Part shown: positions 47,283 to 58,333 of the stretch, one piece after another
How positions within the stretch are numbered: the stretch's first letter is position 1
How the letters are laid out: each line of letters opens with the position of its first letter
Source: Lophium mytilinum
Lineage: Eukaryota
Reading direction: 5' to 3'
Length of the DNA: 64,000 bases
Assembly (NCBI GenBank): GCA_010093605.1
Contig: MU004185.1
Span: 269,334 to 333,333 of the forward strand
The notes under the pieces: model-generated
What the model was told of the DNA's origin: nothing
Seen by the model: only the letters and a program-made list of their open reading frames with translations
Databases searched by the model: none
Position numbers and translations under genes: made by a program

Positions 47283-48874
47283 GTTATTCGGGGGTACAGT
47301 TGATGCGAGAGGCACGTCAGGATATGAACTAAGAAGCACTTCCAGCCTCTATCGGGATCCTGGTGAATAGCGCGTGTGGTGAGTGCAAGCAAAGGGGATT
47401 TAAGGTTTGACGAAAAATTGATCCCACTTATAGGTGTGGTGCCTATATCTCTCTCTAAGGCCTCGTTCAGAGGGAAATGCCGTTACCCTCGTGCGAAGCG
47501 AGTCAGGAGACAGACACACGACTCATTGCAATCAACGTATTTGGGAGGGGCTTGATACATAAAAGCACCAGCGTCAAACGAGCAAACCCGGACGTATCCA
47601 GTTCTAGAAGTCTTGCCCAGCCGGCCATTGCGTTACTGCAGTGCCGAATGGTCGGTCACGGTAAATGTCTGCACCTTGTCTTGTAGGAGTGGGGCTCAAT
47701 GCACATACCACCACGTTAGCAGCAATAGTACCAAACGAGGCCAATCAACGCTCCTGACAGTGTGGCGAGCCGCGTTCTCTCCTTGCTGGTCCAAGACACT
47801 TGTGGAGCAAAGACAGGTTGGCACCACCCATGGAGGCATAAGATCAACATAATGCTGGACCTGTCATCGCCGATGCGGTATAGGCGCTGGCTTTGGACTC
47901 TATCGACCGTTTTTGATCCCTGCACGGGGGAACGGGGAACGGGGAAGCGGGTTGCGCCGCACCCTCCCTCCCGTTTGCCGATGGCGACGACCAACGCCGA
48001 ATGCGTCTTCAGGCGTCAAGTTACCACTGTCATGGGCGCGGAGAGCACCTGCATACGGTAAGTACCTCGCTTTACGAGTGGAGCAACTTACTCCTATCAC
48101 TAGCATATACGAGCCTGCAACATGAAACTTCCGAGGCCTAGAATCCTGGAGCTATCGATAAGAAGAATCTTCACAGAACAATTCAGCTTTGTCTCGTTCA
48201 TGTTTCTAGTTCATGTGGTCACAATTGACGTTGTTTTGGAATCTTAAGTTGCGGTGTTCAGACAGCTGGGGATGCAATATAACCAGACTTTCATTAGGTC
48301 GAAAGGCAAGTAGAGGGATTTGCATGATTGCAACGTCGAGCCCACCGCCAGTTCAACTTCCAAAAGCTTGTACGTAGCAGATTTACATACCCTGCCCCAC
48401 GGGGCGACAGCAACGTTCCTCTAACACGGCCATCGGTTGTTGACCCGGGTTCGTACCCCTTGCTAGCCCGACACAGAGGTTGTCCCGTGAACTGCCGAAC
48501 CGTTTCCAGACGACAACTTCTAGCCGAACTCCTCAAGCGTTTTGCAGAAGACCCGCCGCTTACTATGTACGGGCCCTGATCTTCCAAGACCTTTCCTAAG
48601 TGACGTTGCATGAACCGTGGCCTGGTACCTGACCCCAAAACTTTGGTCGCTTGTACGCATGTGGCACCGTAGCAGAGCTCCTCCCTTTTCATCAACCCTA
48701 GTCTCCAGGCCTTGAATATCACAATGGCCACTCGCTGCTTGCTTACCATGGTTCAATCGTTTGGTTGATTTCTTAACTGGCTCCATTTGACACACGTCTC
48801 TCCCGGCTCGGCCACTTCCATTATTCTCTGCTTCTTGTTTCCCGTCGCTGCTTCGTAGCGGCACTACAATCGCG

Positions 48875-50319
48875 ATGGCCGACCCCAAGCTTGGAGACTT
48901 TGGGCCCGCGCCCCCTGGTATGAATCTCGCCGATAACCAAAATGGCGTGACTTATGGTGCCGTTATCACGCTGATGATTATCGGCACTGTTTCTGTGGTT
49001 TTGCGGTTCATGGCGAGAATGAAGCCAGGACAGGTGCAGCTGGCAATGGATGACTGGCTTATTGTAGGCGCCTTAGTAAGTTGTACTATTTCTCGTGGTG
49101 GTCCGCGGGTATAGAATGCTGATTGTTTAGTAGATTTTCGCATGGGGAACAGGAATATGTTCGTTACTAAGTGAGTACTGAAGCAACTTAGTAGTGAGAG
49201 TAAAGAAAGCTAACCAAACTTTTGCAGGCATCAACTACGGCGGCGGGAAACATCTTTGGGCCCTGAAGACCTCCGAATTCACCCAAGTTTGGAAAGTATG
49301 CCGCGCAATCCATCCGTCGCCGACTTCTCATAACCTCGTTCTTCTAACTGGTCTACTAGCTCCTATTCGGATATGTCATGATTTACGCAACCGCCGTCAC
49401 TCTCACTAAAGTCTCCATTCTGGTCTTCTACCGCCGCATCTTTGGCATTACCTACTCCTTTTACGTGTGCATGTTCCTCGCCATCGGGTACTGGATTACC
49501 ATTATCGTAGTTGACAATGTAGGGTGCCAGCCGCTGTCGTTCTTCTGGACGCAGTATACGGATCCGACGGCGATCGGGACTTGCATCAACTTCCCAAAGT
49601 TCTTTTTCGGGAACGGGATCGCAGCGATGCTGATTGACGTGATCATTTTGGGCGTGCCAGTACCAATCGTGTGGGGCTTGCAGATGGCGAGGAGTCAGAA
49701 GGTGGCAGTTGTTAGTATCTTACTATTAGGAAGTTTGTAGGTCTTCCCCTTCTCCCCCTCGGATTTCATTTCGACGTGTTTCTTTATCTTTATTTGAGCT
49801 GACTTGTACCGCAGTGTTTGTGTTGCCAGCATCGTCCGCATCGTAATGCTCCAGCGCAACACCTCCTCCTCCGACCCCACCTGGACCATCTCCCCCGTCT
49901 TCGTCTGGTCGTGCGTCGAGCCCTTCATTGGCATCCTCTGTGCCTGCCTCCCCACCTTCGCGCCCTTCTTCCGTCGCTGGTGGGGTGTCATCCGCACACG
50001 CGGCACCTCCGAAGGGAAATACTCAAAGTCCGGCGGCATAGATTCCAAGGGCTTCGACACTCCTGCGGACGGTGGGAGCAAGCAGCTTTCTAGCGCGGGG
50101 GGTGCTGCAGGGTTTAGGCTTAGTAGGAGCAAGGGGAGGAGCAAAGGACCTAGGGCGGAGTGGATGGAGTTGGAGAGTGGGATGCGGGATGACGAGATTG
50201 CGTTGACGAATAAGATTACGGGGGGTAAGGGGGCTACGGGGAGTGTCGAGAGTATGCCAGGGATTATGGTGCGTGAAGATGTGGAGTGGACGAGCAGTAA
50301 GAAGAGCGCTGCGAGTTGA
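48875..50319 (+). CDS. Pth11-like (fungal rhodopsin-domain) integral membrane protein lacking CFEM, about 4 introns
   Basis: VVLRFMAR..DDWLI, TKVSILVFYRRIF, CQPLSFFW, DVIILGVPVPIVWGLQM..QK and WSCVEPFIGILCACLP. Confidence 0.88.
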
Positions 50320-50702
50320 GGATGTGGTTTGAAGGAATACTAAAGAAAATTGGGAGAGGAGTCCCTGGAGAAGTTGCTAAAGGAGCGGGTGCGGTGGATG
50401 ATGAATCCTCCATGTAGAACAGAGTTAAGGCGACTTTTGGCTTCTAGGAGTTGCTATGCTATTACGCGATAAACCAGGCGTATTAGGAAATGAATATTTG
50501 CTGGCCATGCCAGCCTTATTAAGTTCGTTTAAAATGATATGGACTTTTCAAAATCTTGACTGAAGCTTTATATGAATCAAAGCAATAGAATATTGAGGAG
50601 AGGGAGGAGTTGATACGGTTTGAAATATTCTACTCATTCAAAATGACATTCTTGTAGTAGCTGTCAAACTGAGCTGTAGATAGAATGGTATACAATGTCC
50701 AA

Positions 50703-52424
50703 TCATGACTGGTTCATGACTTGCCGCGCCTCGAGGAGCTGGAGATAAACACCTGCAGCATTCCACCGAGAATCAATGCTCCTAAATGTCTCTTTGAGGA
50801 TTGCCACAAGCTCTGGGATTCCTTGACCATAGCGAATATGTGCCCCACACAGGTGATAGGCAAAAAAGAGACCCCATGGCGAGACTGATTCGGGATCGCG
50901 ACCTATGAAGCATTTCTGCTCAACGAGGTTCGTACTCACCGTCTCATTAATCTGTTGAATAACAACTCTTGCGCGCTGAGAGCGATTCGTGTCATCGGCA
51001 GCATAGAAAGAAGGCATATACAAAGCAACAAGAGCGCTTTGTCCAGATAGTCAGAAAGATTCGATACTGGGAGAGAGCGCTTACCTGTAAATGAACGTAA
51101 TTTGATCATAATCTGGCTCGTCCATGTCAAGCGAGGCCGCAAGCATAGAGTGAAGGGTTCGATCTAGTTGCATCCAGACGTCATCTTGAATCGCCGATTT
51201 ACTGGAGACATGGCGGAGGACCTGGCCAAGCAACCTCGCGGCTTGGCATAATAGGGCGAATTTGCTCATGTGGGCAGTCATTGGCGACGATAAATTGAAG
51301 GAATCTTCTGATCTAACAATCTGAAGAGGTCGTAAGCACGGTGAGGACCGCACAGAGTATTGGGACTTACGCCTCGGTCCCAAGCAGCGTCGTCGGCCGG
51401 CAACAGGTCACTCAAGCTGGGATCCGCGGTCGCAAAGGGTCTCCCGGGGCTACCTACACTCACATGGCTATGATGAGGATCAGAATCAAACCAAGAGTTG
51501 TGGTTAGACAAGAACTATAAGGGGGAAGGGACCAGGAAGTGGAAACGAACCGGTCTAAAATCACAATCGCCCACCAAACTCTCCTTCTCTCTTCAGCCTC
51601 GACTAAAGTGACAACTCGTCTTGTATTCAACGTCCCAACGACATTGATACCATGAGCGTGTGCATATCGAGCACAGGCACCAATAGACAGGTAGGCTGAA
51701 GGGTATATAGCATGCCCAAGTTCGTAGAGAGCGATGAGCACCCCGGCCTGTAGAATTGGAATGGAAAAGATGCTAGAGCCTTCAATTTCAAGATAGAAAT
51801 GCTTCGCGGTATAGTATAATGAGGTCCGAGGATTCCGCGGGCTTCTAGGAGGGAGTGTTGTGATAAGCTTGAGAGACAGTAGAAGGAGAGCAATGTCTGG
51901 CTGAGTTTGAAAAGATTGTAGGTGGAGTTCATAGAAACGTTTCTTAGAGATGAACGGCATCCACAAATGTATATGTTCGAAGAACTTGGATGCCGCGGCA
52001 CGAATTTCATCCATGTCTCCGAGTACTTGTAGAATGGGAGCTGGAACGGGAGCAGCGGCACAGGGAATTGAAACCTGTCCATGTTGTAGGATGCCCGGAT
52101 CTAAGAATAACATAGTCGGAAAGTCAAGAGATTGCACGTCCGCTCGATCATTACCGGTGACGATACCATGCCACGGTTGGTCGGGTGTAGATGTGGAGTT
52201 GCGGCTTTGCTCCGGCGTCAAGTATTCACACTTCAAGCTCCTCCTGTTTTCATTATCATGAGCCAACACGTTATGTAAAGGGATTCACTGTCGGTAGTAT
52301 GAACTCACTTAATACATGGCGAACACTCCGGAAGTGCTTTGTCGCATTTCCTCTTCCGTGCTTTACATGAGGTGCACACCTGCTGTGCCTGATCAAGGCT
52401 AGAATCACTGCTGGGGGTACGCAT
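50703..52424 (-). CDS. Zn(II)2Cys6 transcription factor with a fungal-specific TF domain, multi-exon
   Basis: CTSCKARKRKCDKALPECSPC...C, FFEHIHLWMPFISK and EERRRVWWAIVILDR. Confidence 0.88.
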
Positions 52425-52857
52425 GGTGTGCGAGGGCTTCCTATGTCACTTGTTAAGACTTGAACGTGCACGGCGCCATGCGTTGATGTTCGGTTGGAGG
52501 TACGTGAAGCGCAGTGGGTAGGCCGCAGTAGCGGCCGCGACAAAGGAATTCTGCGGACAAGTAGCGGCCGGATGGCGGCCGCCGATCGGCCGCTGATGAC
52601 CAATGAATTTAGCGAACCAATCCGACAGGCTGGAGTGGGACTACGATGTTCTTTGGGTATGTACGGCCCCGTGAATGATCCGTCTTAGTTTTAGTGAGTG
52701 GACCTAAGGTGCTCTAGGATTCAGTAGTAATTTTGGTAGCAATTCGCATATAAATTCACTACTCCCGTCAGCTTTCAACCTTCAACCTCATCAGATCAAT
52801 CATTAGGAGCTAAACGATCTGGTCACTTTTCTTCTCATTTTCCAAGCGTCAATCAAC

Positions 52858-53865
52858 ATGAGCCCATACGCTGCCGCTCACGCCAATCCCCAAGGCGCTG
52901 GAGATGCCCGTCCAACAGCCCTCCAAATCATCCGCGATGAATCCCTCGAAGGCAAACTCGTCGGCAAAGTAATAGTCATCACCGGTCCCACTGCCGGGAT
53001 CGGAATTGAAACTGCGCGAGCACTCTCTGCTACGGGCGCCACCTTGATTCTGACAGCCCGGGATATGAAGAAGGCCGAGACTGTTCTTGGTGGAATCCTG
53101 GAACCGAGTCGTTTCTCCCTGGTAGAGATGGACAACGCCTCCTTCGCCAGCATTCGAGCCGCAGCAGCAACCATACTTGCGAAATCAAACAATCAGGTCA
53201 ATATCCTCATCAACAACGCGGGTGTTATGGGACTCGAGGAGCTCAAGCTTACCGAGGACGGCCACGAGATGCACTTCGCGACCAACCACCTCGGTCATTT
53301 CCTCCTCTTCCAACTCCTCAAGCCTGCATTGCTTGCCAGCTCGACTCCCGATTTCCACTCCAGAGTGGTTGTCGTCGCGTCTTCAGCCCATCGCGCGTGC
53401 GACCTCAACGAAAGCGACAACTACGACTTCCAGAAGGGAGGCTATCATTACGGGCTCGCCTATGCGACCTCGAAGCTTGCAAATGTCTACATGGCCAACG
53501 AGTTAGATCGTCGCTACGCCGACAAAGGGCTGCATGCGACTAGTCTCCATCCTGGTGCAATCAATACCGACCTGGCCAGACACATGAGTAGCGAACATGT
53601 AGAGCAAATTTTGAACGATGAGAATGTTCGCAAGATTATGAAGACCCCCGAGCAGGGAGCTGCTACAACGGTCCTTGCTGCAATTGGGAAAGAATGGGAG
53701 GATAAAGGAGGGAAGTATCTGGAGGATTGCGGGGAAGCGAAACGTGGCAAAGACGATAAGGAGGTCTTTGGGGTTGGATACGTTCGACAGACCTATGACC
53801 CGAAGAATGAGGACAGGCTGTGGAAAGACTCGCTGAAAATTGTGGGAATGAACGACGATGTGTAG
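52858..53865 (+). CDS. Short-chain dehydrogenase/reductase (retinol-DH/WWOX-like)
   Basis: TGPTAGIG, NNAG, FATNHLGHF, YATSK (YxxxK) and HPGAINT. Confidence 0.93.
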   Translation: MSPYAAAHANPQGAGDARPTALQIIRDESLEGKLVGKVIVITGPTAGIGIETARALSATGATLILTARDMKKAETVLGGILEPSRFSLVEMDNASFASIRAAAATILAKSNNQVNILINNAGVMGLEELKLTEDGHEMHFATNHLGHFLLFQLLKPALLASSTPDFHSRVVVVASSAHRACDLNESDNYDFQKGGYHYGLAYATSKLANVYMANELDRRYADKGLHATSLHPGAINTDLARHMSSEHVEQILNDENVRKIMKTPEQGAATTVLAAIGKEWEDKGGKYLEDCGEAKRGKDDKEVFGVGYVRQTYDPKNEDRLWKDSLKIVGMNDDV

Positions 53866-54212
53866 CACATTTAAAGCCTAGAGTCGTGAAGTATAGTCGA
53901 CCGGGATCGTTATAGACTGCTTATGGTGCTTGAAATTGGCTACTTTAGCAGAACATTCTACAGGAGCAAGATATTGGATAGAGTACAAGCGACCCGCCAA
54001 TATGTTTCTGCAAAACCACTACTTTGTCAATGGACGACTGAAAAGTCGATGCGATCCCCCGAAACCCTTACCCTTCAGATTTCACTCGAATCTGGCCATC
54101 TAAACAAGGTCAACAACATTGCGAGACAGTTATGCATAGAGACTAGAGCCCTCTTGCTTTGGACCATAAGTTCAGCTGCTGGAGAGACCTGATCTCTCTG
54201 CTCTTTGAAGTT

Positions 54213-55682
54213 CTAGACCTGTGAGCGGGTTGCTCGGTTGGCTTCTACAATGGCGAGTAGTCGATAGTAAGACTTTAAATCGTCGCCGTGAATGGAGGCC
54301 ACAGCATAATCATAATCTGCTATTTCGATGATCCCGTCTTCATCAAACCATGCGTAAGAAAAGGCCGGTAGATGGGGGTCGTTCGCAAGGAGAGATTCCG
54401 CCACATCTAGATCAAGGGCGTCGATACGTGAACCTGGCCGAGGCAAAGAGCTATCACGGCTTTTCAAGAAAACTGGCTCTTCAAAAGGTCGAATCTCTAG
54501 CCGCTGGAGTCGCGTAGGGCCGGCATCGGAAAGATGGTCGAGCAGACGACCCCAGCTACACCCCCCCGTATCATTGCCATAGCAATCCTGAAAGACAATG
54601 TCCTCCAAGAAGTCTCTGTGAGCAGCTAGGAAATGTCCAAGCTGATGGCATACATATACTCGCTCAAGATAGAGGGATCTGAGCTTCGGCATCTGATGCT
54701 TTGCGAGCGAGCATAGCGTATCGTGCCAGAGCGGACCAGAGTCGGGGGCGATAATCCGCAAATCTGTAACGGAGTCCAGGTGGTCGAAAAAAAGCTGGGA
54801 GAGCTTGGAGACGAAGTACCGATACCCTATGGTATCGCCCACAGGATACCCGTAAGTGGCGCTAGTAGATGGTGGCTCCCCACAGTCCTCGCAGAAGCTG
54901 CCCTGGGGGCAGCAGTTGTAGTTCCCGCGAATGTGAATTCTAGCATTGAATTGACCTTTAATTGTGAACGTGCATTTCTCGATGGGCTTCAAGAATTCGA
55001 ACCACCCCAGGCTACTGTAAGCTGCGAGCACAACCGGAATCAGACGCAAGTGGAGAGCTGTGATTGAGTGGTTTGTGTTTCTAGACAGAGCGACGAATGT
55101 TCTTGACATCAAAGCTTTATATGGCTCTTTCTGCTCCAGCAATTCTACCCGGGTGTTCTCGTTTATGTGTTCCAGGTCGTCCAACATGGAGAAGTTACTC
55201 CGCGCATAGCCCCACCAGGAGTCTGAATCAAAGCGAACCGTGAGCATGGTCAATTGGGGAAACAGGCGTAGGTCGGATAGAATATCGGAAACGACGGTTG
55301 GAAACACTTCTTCGGCATCCAAATCGTCCATATACACCCATTTTGCATCTTTTGAATCCTCTAACAGGCAATATAGTTCTTCGTTTCCGCCGCAAGGATC
55401 CGCGATGAAGTCGATCTGAGCCAGCGTGCCTACGAAGTCTAGGTGCTTGACATGGTGTTTAAGGGAGTCATTATTCGCAACCGCAAGGACCGATTCAGCG
55501 CTTCTGGCGGTGTTCTTGAGGTTGATTGTGTGGAAGACTATAGGAGCGAGAAGCGACCGATATCGATAGCAAGTGCTGCTAAGGTTGAGGAGGGTATTAA
55601 AGCCGTCTTTGCCGGAGTTCTGGATATTCTCGATGATCCATATTTGGAGCTCGTCAGGCAGGCCCGTCAACGGGCAGGTCAT
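54213..55682 (-). CDS. F-box-like domain protein with a degenerate LRR-like C-terminal region (489 aa)
   Basis: N-terminal CPLTGLPDEL...LLNLSSTCYRYR and repeated LxxLxL segments; intact paralog of 43183-44625. Confidence 0.7.
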   Translation of the reverse strand: MTCPLTGLPDELQIWIIENIQNSGKDGFNTLLNLSSTCYRYRSLLAPIVFHTINLKNTARSAESVLAVANNDSLKHHVKHLDFVGTLAQIDFIADPCGGNEELYCLLEDSKDAKWVYMDDLDAEEVFPTVVSDILSDLRLFPQLTMLTVRFDSDSWWGYARSNFSMLDDLEHINENTRVELLEQKEPYKALMSRTFVALSRNTNHSITALHLRLIPVVLAAYSSLGWFEFLKPIEKCTFTIKGQFNARIHIRGNYNCCPQGSFCEDCGEPPSTSATYGYPVGDTIGYRYFVSKLSQLFFDHLDSVTDLRIIAPDSGPLWHDTLCSLAKHQMPKLRSLYLERVYVCHQLGHFLAAHRDFLEDIVFQDCYGNDTGGCSWGRLLDHLSDAGPTRLQRLEIRPFEEPVFLKSRDSSLPRPGSRIDALDLDVAESLLANDPHLPAFSYAWFDEDGIIEIADYDYAVASIHGDDLKSYYRLLAIVEANRATRSQV

Positions 55683-57130
55683 GGTTGCGGTCGATCTGCA
55701 GACACTGTATTGGATGGTGACAAGAGAAGAGTGCGGAGGAGCACGCCGAGAAGGTTCACGCGTCGACGCTAGTCCTATAACGCGAGCTCCTCCTTGTTTT
55801 CACGTGCAAAAAGGCATTACGAACTCGATCGCTATCAACTGCAGCAATGCGTGATGATATCTCTCGCATAATTCGATAGGTACTTATTACATTGACCAAA
55901 GCTTGCGGGATTCCGTTGCCACCACTCATCTCTCATATGAAGCCGCCCTAGACTGAAGCACGTGACCTATTTGCAACTTTGCCAATCTCCATCTATGAAA
56001 CCATCTCTATTTTCTGAAATTCTCTTGCTTGTTTGTGCAGGAGCAATCTTCGGAGTAGCTAAGGATAGTGGTAGGGAGCATAAAAGCAAGGAGAGGGTTA
56101 GATAACCGCAAATCCATACTAGGCCATTTGCGCTTAGTGGAATCATGGTCTGCAAGGCTCTATGGAATTGCGTGGACGTCAGGTTGCATTTCCCTGTAGT
56201 CACTCCGGCGTGAGTTGGTTGCTTGTTGTGGAATCAGAGTTCATACAGTCAGAAAACCCCCTCTAAAAGATCGTTAGTCCTCGTCATAAGCTGAACACAC
56301 GAATGACCCGTAGAAGGAAAGCCCCAGGCACAGTTGAGTTCAGAATAGAAGAAAGTAATTTTCGGGGCCGTTGAGTTCATGCTGAGAAGAAATGATATGC
56401 TCAATTGACGTGAACGGAAACCGATCAATCAAACCTCACCATCCATGTGTCTATCGGCCAAGCTGCACCATCGCCAGAGCAGGAGCCTACCCCACAAGAG
56501 TACTTAACACAGAATCAGACTAGCTCGAAACCTTGCCTTCAGACACACCTCTCCAAGGTTCACATCACGAGCAATCTCATCCAAGCTTCAATGACACTCG
56601 AAGACCAGCACATGTTGATCCCTTCTACCCCCTCGGCATCCGCCAAACGCATATCCATTCTACTCACCTTCCTCGTATGTCGACGCTCCGGACCTCCATA
56701 ATTCGGGGACTTTACTGCCAGTTCGTCCGGGGTTGCCGTACCTGGAGAACCTGGGGAAGTCCAAAGCCCGTGTCCGCGGGGATATTCCCTGAAGCAGAGG
56801 AACGCCCGGTAGTCGATCGCACTGCCTAGGCATCTCGTGAATTGGGCTACGCACAGCCCTGCCAGGTACCTGCATTGCCATGTGAAGAGCAGGCGGGGCC
56901 TTGTAGAGTGACTGTCATGTTGTGGGAGGTGGAAGAGATGGGAGTACTTAAGGGGCGATGGTGAGCTGTTGTGGGTTGAGATGCCCCACGTTTGAGCTCC
57001 GAGCTTCGAGCTTCCATCTCAACTCCGTCCATCAACCTTCAACAACACCTGTCTTCTTTCCTCCCATTTTTTCGCGTCTGATACCCTTGTTATTATCCCT
57101 TATACCCTAGTTCGATAGAAATACACCAAC

Positions 57131-57785
57131 ATGGCCGCCCCCGCAACCGCAACCGTCAGAGACCTCAGCGGCTCATGGCACATGGTACCCCTCTTCTACC
57201 TCCCCTTAACTACAGCCATCCCACTCATACCTCTCACAGAACAAGAAATACTGCGGCGACACCGACGGCGTCCTTGCCCTCCAAGGCATCGGCTGGCTCA
57301 CCCGTAAAGGCATCGGCATGGCAAGCGTCACCCAAGTCACGACCTCCTACCCCGACGCCGACGACCCCTCTAAAACACACATCGACTTCACCCAAGTCGT
57401 GACGGGCGGCATAAAAGGCACGACTGAACTGCGTACTCTAGACTGGAAGTGGCGGGCACACACGGACCATCTCTTCGGCGACTTGAAGGGGCGCTCGCAG
57501 TTCACCAAACTCGCTAAGCTAGAGGAGGCTGTTAAAGAAGTGAAGGGGGGAGTTGCGGAGGACGCGAAGTTCATGGCGGAGGGATGGGATGAGGCAACAA
57601 AGGAGGGCGAGGTAGTGGAAGCGTACGTGGAGAATGAGAAGGGTGGGTGGGTTGCCTGGCAGATTTGGGGGTTTGTAGATTGGGAGGCTGATGGGAAGAA
57701 GGAGAGGAGGCATGTGCGGAGGGTCGTGGTGCGGAAGGGAAAGGAGGTTAAGAGGATCTTGTTGGTGTTTGATTGGGTGGTTTAG
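57131..57785 (+). CDS. Conserved small fungal protein (lipocalin/beta-barrel-like), 1 intron (~57185-57238)
   Basis: MAAPATATVRDLSGSWHM|NKKYCGD..VLALQGIGWLTRK, TTELRTLDW, WVAWQIWGF and RRHVRRVVV. Confidence 0.7.
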
Positions 57786-58333
57786 AGATGGAATACCCGG
57801 TTTGTATGCAAGGTAAGGCAGTGGTGTAGTATGAAGGGATGGGAGTAGGAACACGTAATATATGTACCTAGATGCTTATGATAAATCGCAGGTCTTCTTG
57901 AATCTCGGAATGGACTGTGTGATCTAGCTTCAGCTTCACGTGTAGATACAGCTAGGGCATCTACAGGTGCTATTATCGAGGCATGTCCTAGTATGTTGTG
58001 AAAAAGCATGTCGCTTCCTAGTCAACATTTCTAGGCTTTTGCTTTGGCAGCTGAAGAAATCGCATGGATTGAACTCTCAGCCTGCAAAGGTTCATCATGC
58101 TTGCTGCAAGGCTGCACCTCGTTATTGGACGACGTTTATGGGAGGCTGAGGTCGGACACCAGTCTGCCTCTCGCTGTGCCCCGCAGGCTGTGCTTCCACC
58201 TCAACTCATCCACATCCACCGTCACCCCGACTTCCAATATATCATCTCTCAAATGGCGATGATTCTGCCTAAACAATCTAAAAGCAACCTGTCCTCCTTC
58301 TACTTGCTTTATTGAAGTTCTTCCAACCTCGCG

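Noticed and set aside
47924..47951. cggggaa repeated three times in the BVMO/Pth11 intergenic region
   Set aside because: Too short to tell apart from a simple microsatellite.
55700..57100. Short ORFs in this intergenic region, and likewise in 61300-62500
   Set aside because: No recognisable motifs, splice structure or RNA-gene features.
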